A stretch of DNA of 64,000 nucleotides from an uncultured Verrucomicrobiae bacterium (GTDB lineage: Bacteria > Verrucomicrobiota > Verrucomicrobiia > Chthoniobacterales > JAFAMB01): the NCBI GenBank assembly GCA_963762565.1, contig CAVXLD010000007.1:1-64000 (forward strand), given 5' to 3'. The notes beneath the pieces were generated by a model. It was not told the origin of the DNA and did not search any database. It saw nothing but the letters and a program-made list of their open reading frames with translations. The number at the start of each line of letters is the position of its first letter. Position 1 is the stretch's first letter. A program made the translations under genes and the position numbers. Positions 41,411 to 52,328 of this stretch are shown here, in pieces.

Positions 41411-42027
41411 TTTCTTTGCGGCGTACTGCGAGGCTGTTTCCAGCTTTCGTGCTTTATAGCTGAATGGGCCAGCATCTGTGGTCAGGCTGATTTTGCAATC
41501 AACATCTGTTTTGACTATAGCCTTGTTGCCCCGGTGCGAGAATTTCCTCCGACGCGTCCCGTTGTGCGAAACCGGATTGCGCCCTGCGTTAGAGGAGCAG
41601 AGTTTCCTTTGGAAAAAAGAACTAACCTAATTTACCCAGTCTGACTCTCAATCTCGCTGAAGGTTATCGGCTTCTCTTCGACGCCCGTGATCGCTGCGAT
41701 CATTTTCCTGGGTTGAGAAGCGGTCTACCAGGCTCCCAATCTCCGCTTTTGATCGCAGCTCCAAGTGCAAGGGCAGCCCTGCCGTTCGACAGGATCACAA
41801 AGCGGTACAAAAGGTTTTCGTGAATGTACCGGCGAACAAAAGCATCCATTTGGTGGCGGCCTGAGGCGATTGCAGTGATCTCCTCATGCGATAGGCTCGG
41901 GAGGACAAATCGATCAGCCACGTAAACGCAGAACTGATCGCCGCTGCGGCGACCACTGGCATGGCTTTTCAGACGCGTATAATGCCCAGCGGTTTGTCTC
42001 GATAAACTGTGTCGGGTGGTGAGAATG

Positions 42028-42431
42028 CAAGGAGGAGATCCTGGAAGCGCACTGCTGGGCCGCTGACGCGGCCGTGATTGGTGAGATGAGCAAGCGAAGC
42101 GAGTCGAATGGGTGAAAGGTGGACTCGTGATTGGTAATCCGATCGAAGCGACATGACCAAAGCGGCGAACTCTCCGGACCGCCCAGTAGCCGACAGGCTT
42201 GGCTGATCGTCAGAGGGATCTCACAACTGATTTTCAAGACGTTGCGTCATATTTCCAACCCATTTTGCTTTTTGTGAGCGAGGAACGAGCGAGCAATAAT
42301 CGAAAGCAAAATACAGCTACCCTTCTGCGCGGAGCGGAGGCGAACTCAAGCTTAAAACGGAATAAATGGGGGTAGCCCGTAGGGGGCAACGTTTATGCCG
42401 GATTTGAGCTTGAACTCGCTGGAGCGGAGCG
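42028..42431 (+). repeat. Dispersed modular repeat (partial B-heptamer-hairpin module)
   Basis: Matches copies 1-3. Confidence 0.88.
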
Positions 42432-43264
42432 GTACCGAGAGCTGGAAACGCCTGATGATACAGAGTTAGCAGCGACTAACGTGTTAACGCGACAATGCAT
42501 TTCCCAGGCCCGCCGACGCAACTGCCGCGAAGTCTCCAGCTCCGCCCTGAGCGCTCGGACGGTTTCACTTTCGGCTGGGATCATCAGTTAAGTGTTCACA
42601 AAACATACAGCATGATAAAGCGTTTTTCCACGCTATTTGAGGTGAAATTCCCAGAATATTTAATCTACCGGCCGAATGGCTCACGTAACAGGCTGTGGCG
42701 GTTCCTTAGCAACGGATGTCACATCGGTTCGAACAGTGTCGCTCGCACAGCCCGAAAGTATGCTTATTAGAGTGCCGACCAATACCGCGCGTATGCGGGA
42801 CATCGAATTGGCTTTAAAGCGCGGCTCGCGTAAGACCTGGCTGAAAAGTGGTTCGACGGCACCAATGCGTGGAGGGAAGCATCCCTTCACTGTAGACTTT
42901 TCGTTGTCTGCTTTTCCATTTTTTCCTTTCTTACTCACTACTGCCTTTCCCAGGCAATACCAAAAGCATCTCTTTTCTCGACCTCTTTCAGTTTAGGAAA
43001 CCCCAAGGCCGGCAACCTCCGGTCTGTCAGATCAAGAAGCGCTTCAAAGGCAAAAAACCGGGTCGTAGAGATTTGGTTCGCGGCGCCGCAGGGAGGCAAA
43101 AGAAAAAGCTGGCTCGATCAGCGGGGGAACAGGTTCTGGGGGCCAATCGAGCTAGCAAAGTCATCGTATAAAAATCCGATTTCTAATCAACAGCTTTTTT
43201 GCAGCCCAGATGGTGTTCACGACTTTTCCGTCGAGGCCGCCTTTTGCACCAGGTCCGAACAGAA

Positions 43265-44043
43265 CGCGGCGACTCGCATTGACTGATCCTAATCATCTCA
43301 AATCCGCTGCCGAGTATCTTCTTCAAGTCGCGCGCAGCACTGAAGGCCGCCGTTATCGAAAGCAGCCCAAGATCGACGCATTAAGACAGTATAAGGAAGA
43401 GATCTTGGAAGCCCACCGCTGAGCCGCTAGCGCGGCTGTGAGAAGTGAGAAGTGATTGGTGAGAAGTGAGAGGGTGGCGGATTGGTGAAAGCTGAAAAGT
43501 GAAAGGTGAGAAATGATTAGTGAACGGTGATTGATCAGCATCCACCGGATCGCGCAGATTTTCAGGGAACGCGGTGTTGACATTTCCGTGCCCCATTTGG
43601 TGCGCACCGTCCGGCGTTTTGTCGACGAAGAAGAGAGGGTAGGTGGCCGGTGCCCCACTCCGCGCCGTCTAGCGAGTTCCATGGCAAAGGAACGCCATCC
43701 GGAATCCACTCCCGAAGCAACGAAGCCAAAGGCCCCAGTCACGTACCAGGTTTCTGAACAGCCCAGCAGCCGAGTTCAGGAGGAGGAATTTGCGAAGCAA
43801 TTGCGGCTTGCGCGCTACCTAGCCGCGGCAAGTCTGCCGCCGTCGCGGCCACTGGAGGCGCCACCTGAGGCAAAAACACCCAGGCGAGTGGGAGCTGTTG
43901 TAAAGACGAAGTCTAAAGCGACCGGCAAAAAAGCTGAGGAAGAATTGGCGAAAGAGAGGCGGCGGGCGGGAAGGACGGGTCTGAAGGTGCTGTCAGCTGG
44001 TTCTAGGCGAGGGGAGAAGCAGCGGCGCGGGCCTGGTCGTTGA
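43265..44043 (+). repeat. Dispersed repeat copy B-heptamer-D1, including ORF 43531-44043
   Basis: Collinear with 34698-35496. Confidence 0.88.
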
Positions 44044-44467
44044 TAAACCAAAGCGGGAACCGCAACTAAGCGTTGGAAATGTCCTCTTGTTGAAACCGGG
44101 TTTGCTCGACGACTAGGTTCCGGAGCGGTTTTGAGGTGACCAAAATCGCGGAGAAACAGCCCTCGGCGGATCTGGGGCGCCGACTGCGCTAACTTCGAAA
44201 CGCGTCACCTCCACCTTCGGTTCCTTGCTCGAACGCGAGACCGAGCGGCCGTACGGCAACAGGCTGGCGCGTTATCTTGGCGGGGCGAGTCTAGGGCGGC
44301 CGCGGGAAGTGAAAAGTGAGTCAGAGAGAGCGAGGCGTCACCAAGCCCAAAAGGTTTTCCTCCACGATCCGCAAAACGTCTTGCGCGCGAACTGTGACGT
44401 TGGGCATTCTGCCGGGTTGAGTCACTCGGGTTTGAAACGATCGAAAGAAATTTGACCTATATTCACT

Positions 44468-44967
44468 ATGAACATTCTAGTAACGCCAGAGGGCCAGCCG
44501 GTGTTTTGGGATGGCAAAGGGAATTTCAGCTTGGAGAAGAATGATGACTTTGATATGGCGGCACACTTTCAAAAAGTGCTTCCAGATGATGATCCAGAAG
44601 CATTCAGGCAAAAGGCAGCAGAACAGCTCGGGTTGGACGTTCAATACAGGAGTACTAATTTGTGGCCGGTCTGTTTTACACCGTGGACCTTACCCGAGAC
44701 GAGCGAATGGCGCGTAATCCGCGACTCGTCGAGAAGTTTCTGGTCGAGCTTTGCCAAGAGCATTGTCCCGACAATTGGCAGGAAGTCGACCGTGAGGCTT
44801 TAGCGATGGCCACAGCGCTAAAAGCTCTCGAGCATCGTTATTCTCCCGCAGTGCTGGGCGGAACGATTGGGCATAAGGAAGCCAGCCGGTATAGAGGCAT
44901 TCTTCCGACTAACCTCGGGCCGGCGAGTTATGATCTAGGCTGTGGGTGCCGGGCTTGGAAGATTTAG
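44468..44967 (+). CDS. Hypothetical protein (probably one gene split by a frameshift ~44660)
   Basis: Overlapping ORFs 44468-44803 and 44662-44967, each protein-like on one side of the junction. Confidence 0.4.
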
Positions 44968-45094
44968 GCTTGGGTAGACAAATGCTTACTCGGCGTCGGG
45001 AAACGGCTAACTTTTCGCTCGATCAGAAAATATTAACTCTGGCGGGTATCTGGTTAACATATCGAGCGCCGGTAGGAGTTCACTCTTTGCCACA

Positions 45095-45355
45095 ATGATA
45101 CCTCTCCCAGCCAAAGTCATTAAGATTCAGTTGGACTTCAGTAACAGATTCTCGGCACGAGCCGAGGTCGTCGTACCGGAGAAGATAGTCTACGTCGAGC
45201 TGTTCGACCTCCCAGGTGGAGTCCATGCAACCAACTTGTCGGATGTAGCGCCCGGGAAACACGAACTCTTACTCCACGGTGACGGAAAACCGCCATTCAA
45301 AGTAGGTGATACTCTTTCCGCGAGAGGGTTCTCGCAAGACGAACTGCCTGATTGA
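45095..45355 (+). CDS. Hypothetical protein
   Basis: 86-aa ORF. Confidence 0.4.
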   Translation: MIPLPAKVIKIQLDFSNRFSARAEVVVPEKIVYVELFDLPGGVHATNLSDVAPGKHELLLHGDGKPPFKVGDTLSARGFSQDELPD

Positions 45356-45815
45356 TTTCAGCCAGACGCGCGCAGGAAGATGGACTGCCAGGCGTACACA
45401 GTGCAGAGCGAGAACGCGTTTCAGATCGAGTAGGAGCACAAAGACGATTTAGTCACGGCTCGACGCTCCGCAATCTTACTTGAAAGCGTGTCAACTTCCG
45501 AAGAAAAAGACGCGTATTGAAGAGATGGCACCCGCCAGTTCAATGGGCAGCACACAGAGCAGGGCTTCCACGACTGCCACCAAAAACACAATCTGCCAAA
45601 ACATCGAACCAGGTAACGAAAGGCGCTCGTGTTTCCTGTTGGTTACTGCAAACAACTTCATACCAGTTGTACGCTCTCGGACACTTCGCTTGCATGATCA
45701 TTGCAGAAAAGGCGGATTTATGGCCAAACGAAAGATCGCAGGTGACGAATTTCCTATCGTTGTGACAAAAGGTGACCAGCTCGCATTGTCTGATCAACGA
45801 TCTTGCGCCGGAATT

Positions 45816-46457
45816 TTAATCTTCTGCTGTCTCTTGGAGTGGAAGTGGGCGATTCGGCTTGCGCGCCTTTTCGTTTGTTGACGCGTTGCCGTTCAATACG
45901 CTGTGGTATTTAGCAATTCCGCTCTGATACTCGTCTTGGCCCCTTTTGTAATCCGCGCTGGAGATGAGATGGCTTTGATACATGGCTTCCAATCGCTCCC
46001 GTTTACGTTCGGCTTTTTGGCGCTCCCGCTCAGCAGCCTTGCGGTCCGCTGCAGACAATCTTGCTGACTGCGATCCAGTTTCATTCACGATGACGGTCGG
46101 TTGCGGAGCTGGAGTAGGGCTTGGTACCGGTGCCAGGTGAACCGATTGGGTCGAATTCTCTGCCACGACGATTCCGACCGTTCCAGTATACACTGCATTC
46201 GGGGCTGCTGGCATCGAACCCGGTCGAGTCGCTAATCTAGGAGTCGGCGTAGGCTCCGAAACGATCTGGAGATCTCCCAAATTCTTCCAACGTTTGTTGC
46301 TTGGTGCGATCAGATGAAGGGCCGGGATCGCGACGGCTGCAGAGAAGGCCAGCAGAACGCTCGAAACAACAACCCGGATCAGAATCTTTCCTGGAGTCCA
46401 GCGTGGAGATGAGCCACTCGGTCGCGTATTTAATAGCTGATCGCGACGTTTAGTCAT
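45816..46457 (-). CDS. Single-TM Pro-rich hypothetical protein
   Basis: TM helix, PTPTP linker and C-terminal coiled coil. Confidence 0.55.
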   Translation of the reverse strand: MTKRRDQLLNTRPSGSSPRWTPGKILIRVVVSSVLLAFSAAVAIPALHLIAPSNKRWKNLGDLQIVSEPTPTPRLATRPGSMPAAPNAVYTGTVGIVVAENSTQSVHLAPVPSPTPAPQPTVIVNETGSQSARLSAADRKAAERERQKAERKRERLEAMYQSHLISSADYKRGQDEYQSGIAKYHSVLNGNASTNEKARKPNRPLPLQETAED

Positions 46458-46765
46458 CGGCTATCACTGAGTGCTCATGGATTCGTTCGGATCCGGCTTT
46501 TATCAGATAGGATGTGATAGTTGCAAGATCGATCTTCCAAAAACTAGGTGTGCAACGATTCGCCGGTCTTCATCGGCGGACAGCATGTGGCCAGAGTAGC
46601 GATCCCGGTAACAGCGCATAGCTTGAGCGCGTTCGAGAGCATGCGAGCATGAACATCCAACCGAGGCAGCGGCCGCGTGTGCAGCCGTGAGAGGTGATTG
46701 GTGAGAAGTGATTAGTAATCCGATCGAAGGGACATAAGTAGAAAACAGCAGGAAAAAGCGTCAAT

Positions 46766-46960
46766 TCAGGGGAACTCGCCCCACGAGATACGCAGTTGTG
46801 CAGCTTCAACGTCATCGCGCTTGAAGAGCGTTAATCGTTTGCCCCGTCTAACGGGTGCAAGCCAACCGGCCCGTTCGCACCGTTCCAGGATGCTGCGACC
46901 GCCCAGCATGACGCGGGCGTCATTGCAGCGCACAAACGGCGATTGAACTGGCTTCGCCAT
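46766..46960 (-). CDS. Excisionase-like/MerR-type HTH small protein
   Basis: 64 aa: DARVMLGGRSILERCERAGWLAPVRRGKRLTLFKRDDVE. Its 3' end is duplicated at ~48970-49006. Confidence 0.55.
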   Translation of the reverse strand: MAKPVQSPFVRCNDARVMLGGRSILERCERAGWLAPVRRGKRLTLFKRDDVEAAQLRISWGEFP

Positions 46961-47158
46961 CGGCTGGGATCGCTCCTCTGCTTCCCACCGCAGCAGATTT
47001 GCGGCGTGAGAATTCCGCCTCAGAAGAACGTACCACTTTTTGGGTCATCCTCGCGCTGAATCGGAACGTTCTTGGTCCTTCGCCCAGAAACAATCGCAGT
47101 GGAGGCTCCCAGGTTTTTATCTTAAGATCACGGCAAATGCGAGGGTTCCTCGCTTCCC

Positions 47159-47743
47159 ATGCTTCCTAAACGCCGACCGAAATCAACGAAGGTTGCTCGC
47201 AGAGCTTCTTCGCAGCGACAGCAGAAGCTTAAAAAGCTCTTTCAAAAACCCGCTGAAATGGCGGGTCGGATCAATCGGGTGATAGCAGAGTCGCTTCCCA
47301 GCGCCGGGATGGGTCAGGAGGTCCTCCCACCGGCAGACCAAATCTCAGAAATAATCGCTGTGCCAGGGATCCGAGTGAGTACGAATTTCCGGCGCCGGGC
47401 GATCTCCATACCCTGTGTTCTACCTGTCAAGGAGCCCGCGGAGTCCGCTGCTAAAGAGTTGCGACGCCAAATCCAAGAATACCAAACAACCCTTCCACCG
47501 GGAAAGGAAGTTGTTCTGGAACTCTCTCCATCGATGCAGATCAGAATCGAGAAAATCCAACCCGAGGACCCCCAGATGCTGATCTTAATTGGAACGTTGA
47601 TTGGCAGCGATCCTCCTGAACAAGTCCGAGTCGTTCAGCACGTGTCACAACTCAATATTCGTCTTAGGTCGATCCCGGTCCGAGGGAAGAGGAATGCCCG
47701 AAAAATTACGGGCTTCGGAGTGGATTCCGATCCAGTTTCCTAA
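47159..47743 (+). CDS. DUF6173-like protein
   Basis: LRRQIQEYQTTL..EV, PQMLILIG, VVQHVSQLN and RKITGFG. Confidence 0.55.
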   Translation: MLPKRRPKSTKVARRASSQRQQKLKKLFQKPAEMAGRINRVIAESLPSAGMGQEVLPPADQISEIIAVPGIRVSTNFRRRAISIPCVLPVKEPAESAAKELRRQIQEYQTTLPPGKEVVLELSPSMQIRIEKIQPEDPQMLILIGTLIGSDPPEQVRVVQHVSQLNIRLRSIPVRGKRNARKITGFGVDSDPVS

Positions 47744-48044
47744 CGATGGTTCACGCATCCTTACGCGCCGTGATACGTTAGCAGGTCCAAGCTACGCACT
47801 CTTTCGGCATTGAGCCTCTAGGGGTTTTACGCGCCCTCCTGGCACTGCCTTCGCTGGAGATTTTGACTATCAAAAGTCAATTACGTGAATAGCGACGCAC
47901 CCGAGTGTCCAAGCCACAAAAGCAAAGTCATTGCACACGAGAGGTATGGTAGGAACGCATTTATTTGGCGCGAGGTTCCTCCAATAGGCGCTGCTGATAG
48001 GAAGTGAACGGTTTACTGTTAGGCATGTCAGAAAAGGCTAAAGA

Positions 48045-48809
48045 ATGAGAGTTGCCAGTTGGAATGTGAACTCAATTCGAGCTCGAACCGAGCAGGTCCG
48101 GAAATGGCTGGAGAGAACGAATGTCGATGTGCTGCTGTTACAGGAACTAAAGGGCTCAGAATTTCCGGCTGCGGTCTTTGAGGAGTTGGGTTACCAGAGT
48201 GCGGCGGTGACGCAGAAGACGTATAACGGTGTTGCGATTCTTTCTCGCACACCAATGGAGATAATCAGTAAGAGACTGTTAGGAGATGAACTAGATAGCC
48301 ACGCACGTTTCCTGGAAGTGATGATTGAAGGCATGCGCCTCGTGAACATTTACCTCCCAAACGGCAACCCGATCGGAAGCGATAAATTTGCGTACAAGCT
48401 GGCATGGATGGATCGCCTGGCCTTGCAGATGAGGACATGGCTGTTGAGCGGAGTTCCAACGATTGTTGGCGGCGACTTTAACGTGATTCCAGAGGACATT
48501 GACTGCCACAAACCAGCCTCGTGGATTCACGATGCACTATTTCAACCTGAGCCGCGGGCCCGCTACCGCGAAATGCTCGGCCTGGGATATACTGACGCAT
48601 TCCGTTCGCTCCATCCGGGCGAAGGAGGCCAATATACTTTCTGGGACTACTTTCGGAGAGCTTTTGAATACAATCGCGGGATTCGTATCGATCACTTTCT
48701 GCTCTCGCCGGATGCTGCCCAACGGCTGCAAAAATGTGACATCGATAGGGTGCCGCGAGCAGAAGAAAAACCATCCGATCACACGCCCATCGTTGTAGAG
48801 ATTGCGTGA
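48045..48809 (+). CDS. xth: Exodeoxyribonuclease III
   Basis: SWNVNSIRAR, LQELK, YNGVAILSR, YLPNG, GGDFN, TFWDY, RIDHFL and SDHTP. Confidence 0.95.
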   Translation: MRVASWNVNSIRARTEQVRKWLERTNVDVLLLQELKGSEFPAAVFEELGYQSAAVTQKTYNGVAILSRTPMEIISKRLLGDELDSHARFLEVMIEGMRLVNIYLPNGNPIGSDKFAYKLAWMDRLALQMRTWLLSGVPTIVGGDFNVIPEDIDCHKPASWIHDALFQPEPRARYREMLGLGYTDAFRSLHPGEGGQYTFWDYFRRAFEYNRGIRIDHFLLSPDAAQRLQKCDIDRVPRAEEKPSDHTPIVVEIA

Positions 48810-48879
48810 ATCGTAACCACTTCGTACGGCGAGGGGAGAGGTTGCCTGAGCATCTCGACAGGCTCGATGCAGGCAAGCG

Positions 48880-49585
48880 AAGCGCGGCGACGAGTGATTG
48901 GTCAGAAGTGATCTGTGATCGGTAATCCGATCGAAGCGATATAACTAGAAAACTGCAGGAAAAGCGCCAATTCAGGGAAGCTCGCCCCACGAGACACGTA
49001 GTTGTGTACCGCAAGTCGGCCAAGATCGATGCACAGAAAGCGCCTTCGATGCGTGCCGCTTATCTGGTCGAACTTGCGCGCAGCTCCAAGGGCGGCCGGT
49101 ATCGTAAATCGGCCAAGATCGACGCATTGAGACAGTATAAGGAAGAGATTTGGAGGCGTATCGCTAGGCCGCTGTCGCGGCTGTGAGAAGTGATTGGTGA
49201 GAAGTGATTAGTGATTCGTGATTGGCAATCCAATCGAAGCAACATAACCAAAGCGGCGAATTCTCCGGACCGTCCAATAGCCACTGGGCTCGGCCGATGG
49301 CCAGAGAGAGAGCACAACTGAGTTTAAAGATGTTGTTGATCGTTTACAACCCATTTTGGTTTTCGATTTTTGTGAGCGAGGAACGAGCGAGCGAAATAAT
49401 CAAAAGGAAAATACAGTCACTCTTCTCAGCGCGGAGCGGAGGCGAGCTCAAGCTTAAAACAGAATAAATGGGGGCAGCCCGTAGGGGGCAACGTTTATGC
49501 CGAATTTGAGCTTGAACTCGCTGAAGCGGAGCGCCCTTGAAGCAATCTGAGGGCACGCTCCCCTACAAGGCCGTCTCGATCCGGC
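48880..49585 (+). repeat. Composite repeat copies (heptamer/xis-end + B-heptamer-hairpin module)
   Basis: 48880-49006 matches 46668-46800; 49050-49585 matches copies 1-3; ends GTCTCGATCCGGCA. Confidence 0.85.
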
Positions 49586-49600
49586 AAATTTCTTGATTAA

Positions 49601-50602
49601 TCAGACGCGGCGTGATCCTCGCCCGACCGCTTTTGGAGAGGTCTTCAAACCCAGAAACGCATGTTTAGCCGGTCGACCGGACGCCAGCCAAAGCTTGATG
49701 ATCTCGAAAAAGATGGCCGTAGTATAAGTAACGGCGATCCAGACGCAGACCGCCTCGATCGGCAGCTGGTACCAGGCTCCAATTCGGATTCCCAGCATCT
49801 GGTTATCCTGATAGCCCCACCATCGATAGGGGACTGCTAGCGTGGCTTCCCAGAGCATGCTCAGAAGCAATACGAAGAAAAGAGTGAAGCTTAAGGCTCG
49901 CCAGTTGACAAAGGGTTCCGCAGTCCGGAAGAAGCTTGCCGAAGGGACAAATCCAACCAAGACCAGGAAAATGAAATATTCCGGAAAGCCTTCCGGGTTT
50001 GGCGAGAATAGCTTCTTGTAAATAATGCCAGCCACGATCAAGCCGGCGCCGAGCACAGCGGAAAGCGGATGGAACTGCACCAAGCGAGGGATATTCTTTG
50101 ATTCCGCGCGGTAATCCGGTTCGGCGTACTTCGCTAACCAATATTCGTCTAACCAGAGATAGATAAGTAGTACGACGATAAAGCCGGTGAGGTAGAAGAT
50201 ATACTCTTCAACCGGAACCGGCCTATTTAAAGCTGGGGCGCTAATCCCTAGGGTGGCGCCCGGATTCTCGAAAACGAAGAAGCGACTCGCGAAGAAAAAA
50301 TCGGTGGCACATCCAATGGGCACTAAGATGCCAAGGGTCCACCAGAACGCCTGCCGCGGGATCTTTATCTCTGCACGTGGGAGGTAGACGAAAGCAATAA
50401 CCAGAATTGGCACGATAAACAGAAGTAGACTCCAGCTGTAGCCGTGCGGTGTCGGATTAGATCCTTCGATTTTTAGCTCACCTGGCGTATGAACGGTATT
50501 CAACGCGATGGCAGCAGGCAGTACGATCATGGCCAGCATGCTAACCACGATCCAAACGCTGGTGTGCGGATCAGGAGCGCGACGGGATACAGATTTTTGC
50601 AT
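49601..50602 (-). CDS. Multi-TM protein with duplicated lycopene-cyclase-like domains
   Basis: Two repeats ending PVPVEEYIFY and LPIEAVCVW. Confidence 0.55.
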   Translation of the reverse strand: MQKSVSRRAPDPHTSVWIVVSMLAMIVLPAAIALNTVHTPGELKIEGSNPTPHGYSWSLLLFIVPILVIAFVYLPRAEIKIPRQAFWWTLGILVPIGCATDFFFASRFFVFENPGATLGISAPALNRPVPVEEYIFYLTGFIVVLLIYLWLDEYWLAKYAEPDYRAESKNIPRLVQFHPLSAVLGAGLIVAGIIYKKLFSPNPEGFPEYFIFLVLVGFVPSASFFRTAEPFVNWRALSFTLFFVLLLSMLWEATLAVPYRWWGYQDNQMLGIRIGAWYQLPIEAVCVWIAVTYTTAIFFEIIKLWLASGRPAKHAFLGLKTSPKAVGRGSRRV

Positions 50603-50717
50603 CGGAACGTGGACCGTTCCAAAGTTTACCCGGGGTCAAGTTCTGGGGCAAATACTTGCCTTGGTTCGGGTGGCAATTCTTGCGCCGGCCGGACTCGAGG
50701 GTCGATCAGCCAAGACG

Positions 50718-51060
50718 CTACGTTTCGTTGGCTTTGGGAGTTAACTTCGTAAACAGGGCGTTCAGCAATCCATTCAGAGCACCACCTGCTCTGCCGCGCC
50801 GCCACATGACCAAAATCTTCCAAGTAACCTCTGCGTCCGCCAGGTGTAAAATGATGACGCCGGGCGGAGAATCATGGATGGCGTAGGCCGGCAAGAGAAA
50901 AACAGCATTTTCGTTGGAGACCAATTCCAAACCGTGGGCAAGGCCTTGCGCCGGGCCGTGAAATTTCGGGCGAAACTTCCCGTACCTTTTGCAGTATGCC
51001 TCGAGTCGCTGCTCCGGAAGAGCAATGTAACCTCATTAAACAGGACCCAGATAGTACAGA
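50718..51060 (-). pseudogene. LysR substrate-binding domain fragment
   Basis: GKFRPK..LELVSNENAVFLLPAY..PPGV; 5' part truncated where the repeat copy at 51095 begins. Confidence 0.6.
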
Positions 51061-51094
51061 CGGTATTCGGGGCGCTAACCTGATCCGCTAGGGT

Positions 51095-51625
51095 TTGGTC
51101 TATTTGCATCGGATCGCGCAGATTTTCCGGGAACGCGGTGTTGACATCTCGGTTCCCCATTTGGTGCGGACCGTCCGGCGTTTTGTCGACGAAGAAGAGC
51201 GGGTGGCTGGCCGGTCCCCCGCTCCGCGCAGCCCAGCGAGTCCCATGGCACAGGAACGCCATCCGGAATCGGCTGCCGCTGAAGCAACGAAGCCAAAGGC
51301 CCCGGTCACGTACCAACTTTCTGAACAACCCAGCGCCAGAGTCCAGGAGGAGGAATTTGCGAAGCAATTGCGGCTTGCGCGCTACCTGGCCGGGAGAGGC
51401 TCGCCGCCATCGCGGGCGCTGGAGCCGGCTCGCCCGCCAAGAACGCCGAAGCAAGAGCGACCCGTTGCAAAGACGGGGGCTAAAACCAAGGCGGGAACCG
51501 GCAGCAAGAAGGCTCGGGAGGAAGAATTGGCGAAAGAAAGGCGGCGGGTGGGACGGGTGGGTCAGAAGTTGCCATCGGCCGGTGCGGGGCGAGGGGAGAA
51601 GCAGCGGTCGGGCCCGGGGCGTTAG
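51095..51625 (+). repeat. Third copy of repeat-borne D1 ORF
   Basis: Paralog of 34966-35496 and 43531-44043. Confidence 0.85.
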
Positions 51626-51911
51626 ATGCGCGGCATTCGAGATGGCTTAACGGCCAAACTGTTTTCGGTATCACGAGTCTGACCTCACATCGGCCCACAA
51701 TGGATTGTCTATTGGAACAGCAGATAGGCTTGATTTCGTTCGACGCTCTGCTAGCGAACGGAGCTCACCAATCTAGATAGGGGAGTGGAGACGTGTGGCA
51801 CGCGCTTGTAGACAAAACCCTTTCTGATGTCGTCCTCGGTCTTGTAGTTGGGGTTCGGCAAATCTATTTGGACGTCATTTACGAACTGAACAAAGAACAA
51901 AAAGAATAAAT

Positions 51912-52313
51912 ATGAGCGAATACCACGTCAAAATGCAGAAGAATCTGGACAAGATTCTTTTCGATGACGTCGGGGAAACGCCTGCTGAAGTGCGGCAGAG
52001 ACTGGAAAGAGAAGGAGTCGATGTCAAAGCGCTGGTCGCACGTGTAAAGATGGCGGCGGGGACGGCGTACCGTGAATTGTTGACTGAGGAGGCAAAGCAA
52101 GAACAGTCGCGGACTGCGAAATCGAAAGGGCAGATTTTCGGGAATCTTGTTGGACTTGGGCGCGACAAGCTTCTCGAGTTGATTGATGCGGCTGCTAGAG
52201 GCCAATTCGGTGCAGAGGTGATGGCGCGCTGTCGGAATCAAGACGCTGAAAAGCTTTCAGAGGACGATCTAAGGACGCTTTTGGAGGACATCGAGTCCAC
52301 GATTCGAGAATAG
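51912..52313 (+). CDS. Hypothetical protein upstream of ImmA/IrrE peptidase
   Basis: 133-aa helical ORF, 15 bp before the peptidase. Confidence 0.65.
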   Translation: MSEYHVKMQKNLDKILFDDVGETPAEVRQRLEREGVDVKALVARVKMAAGTAYRELLTEEAKQEQSRTAKSKGQIFGNLVGLGRDKLLELIDAAARGQFGAEVMARCRNQDAEKLSEDDLRTLLEDIESTIRE

Positions 52314-52328
52314 TCCTTTAACAAAGCA

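Noticed and set aside
22781..51625. Dispersed repeats as integron attC sites or CRISPR
   Set aside because: Copies are 400-900 bp and modular, lack a consistent RYYYAAC..GTTRRRY frame, and no intI or cas gene is present.
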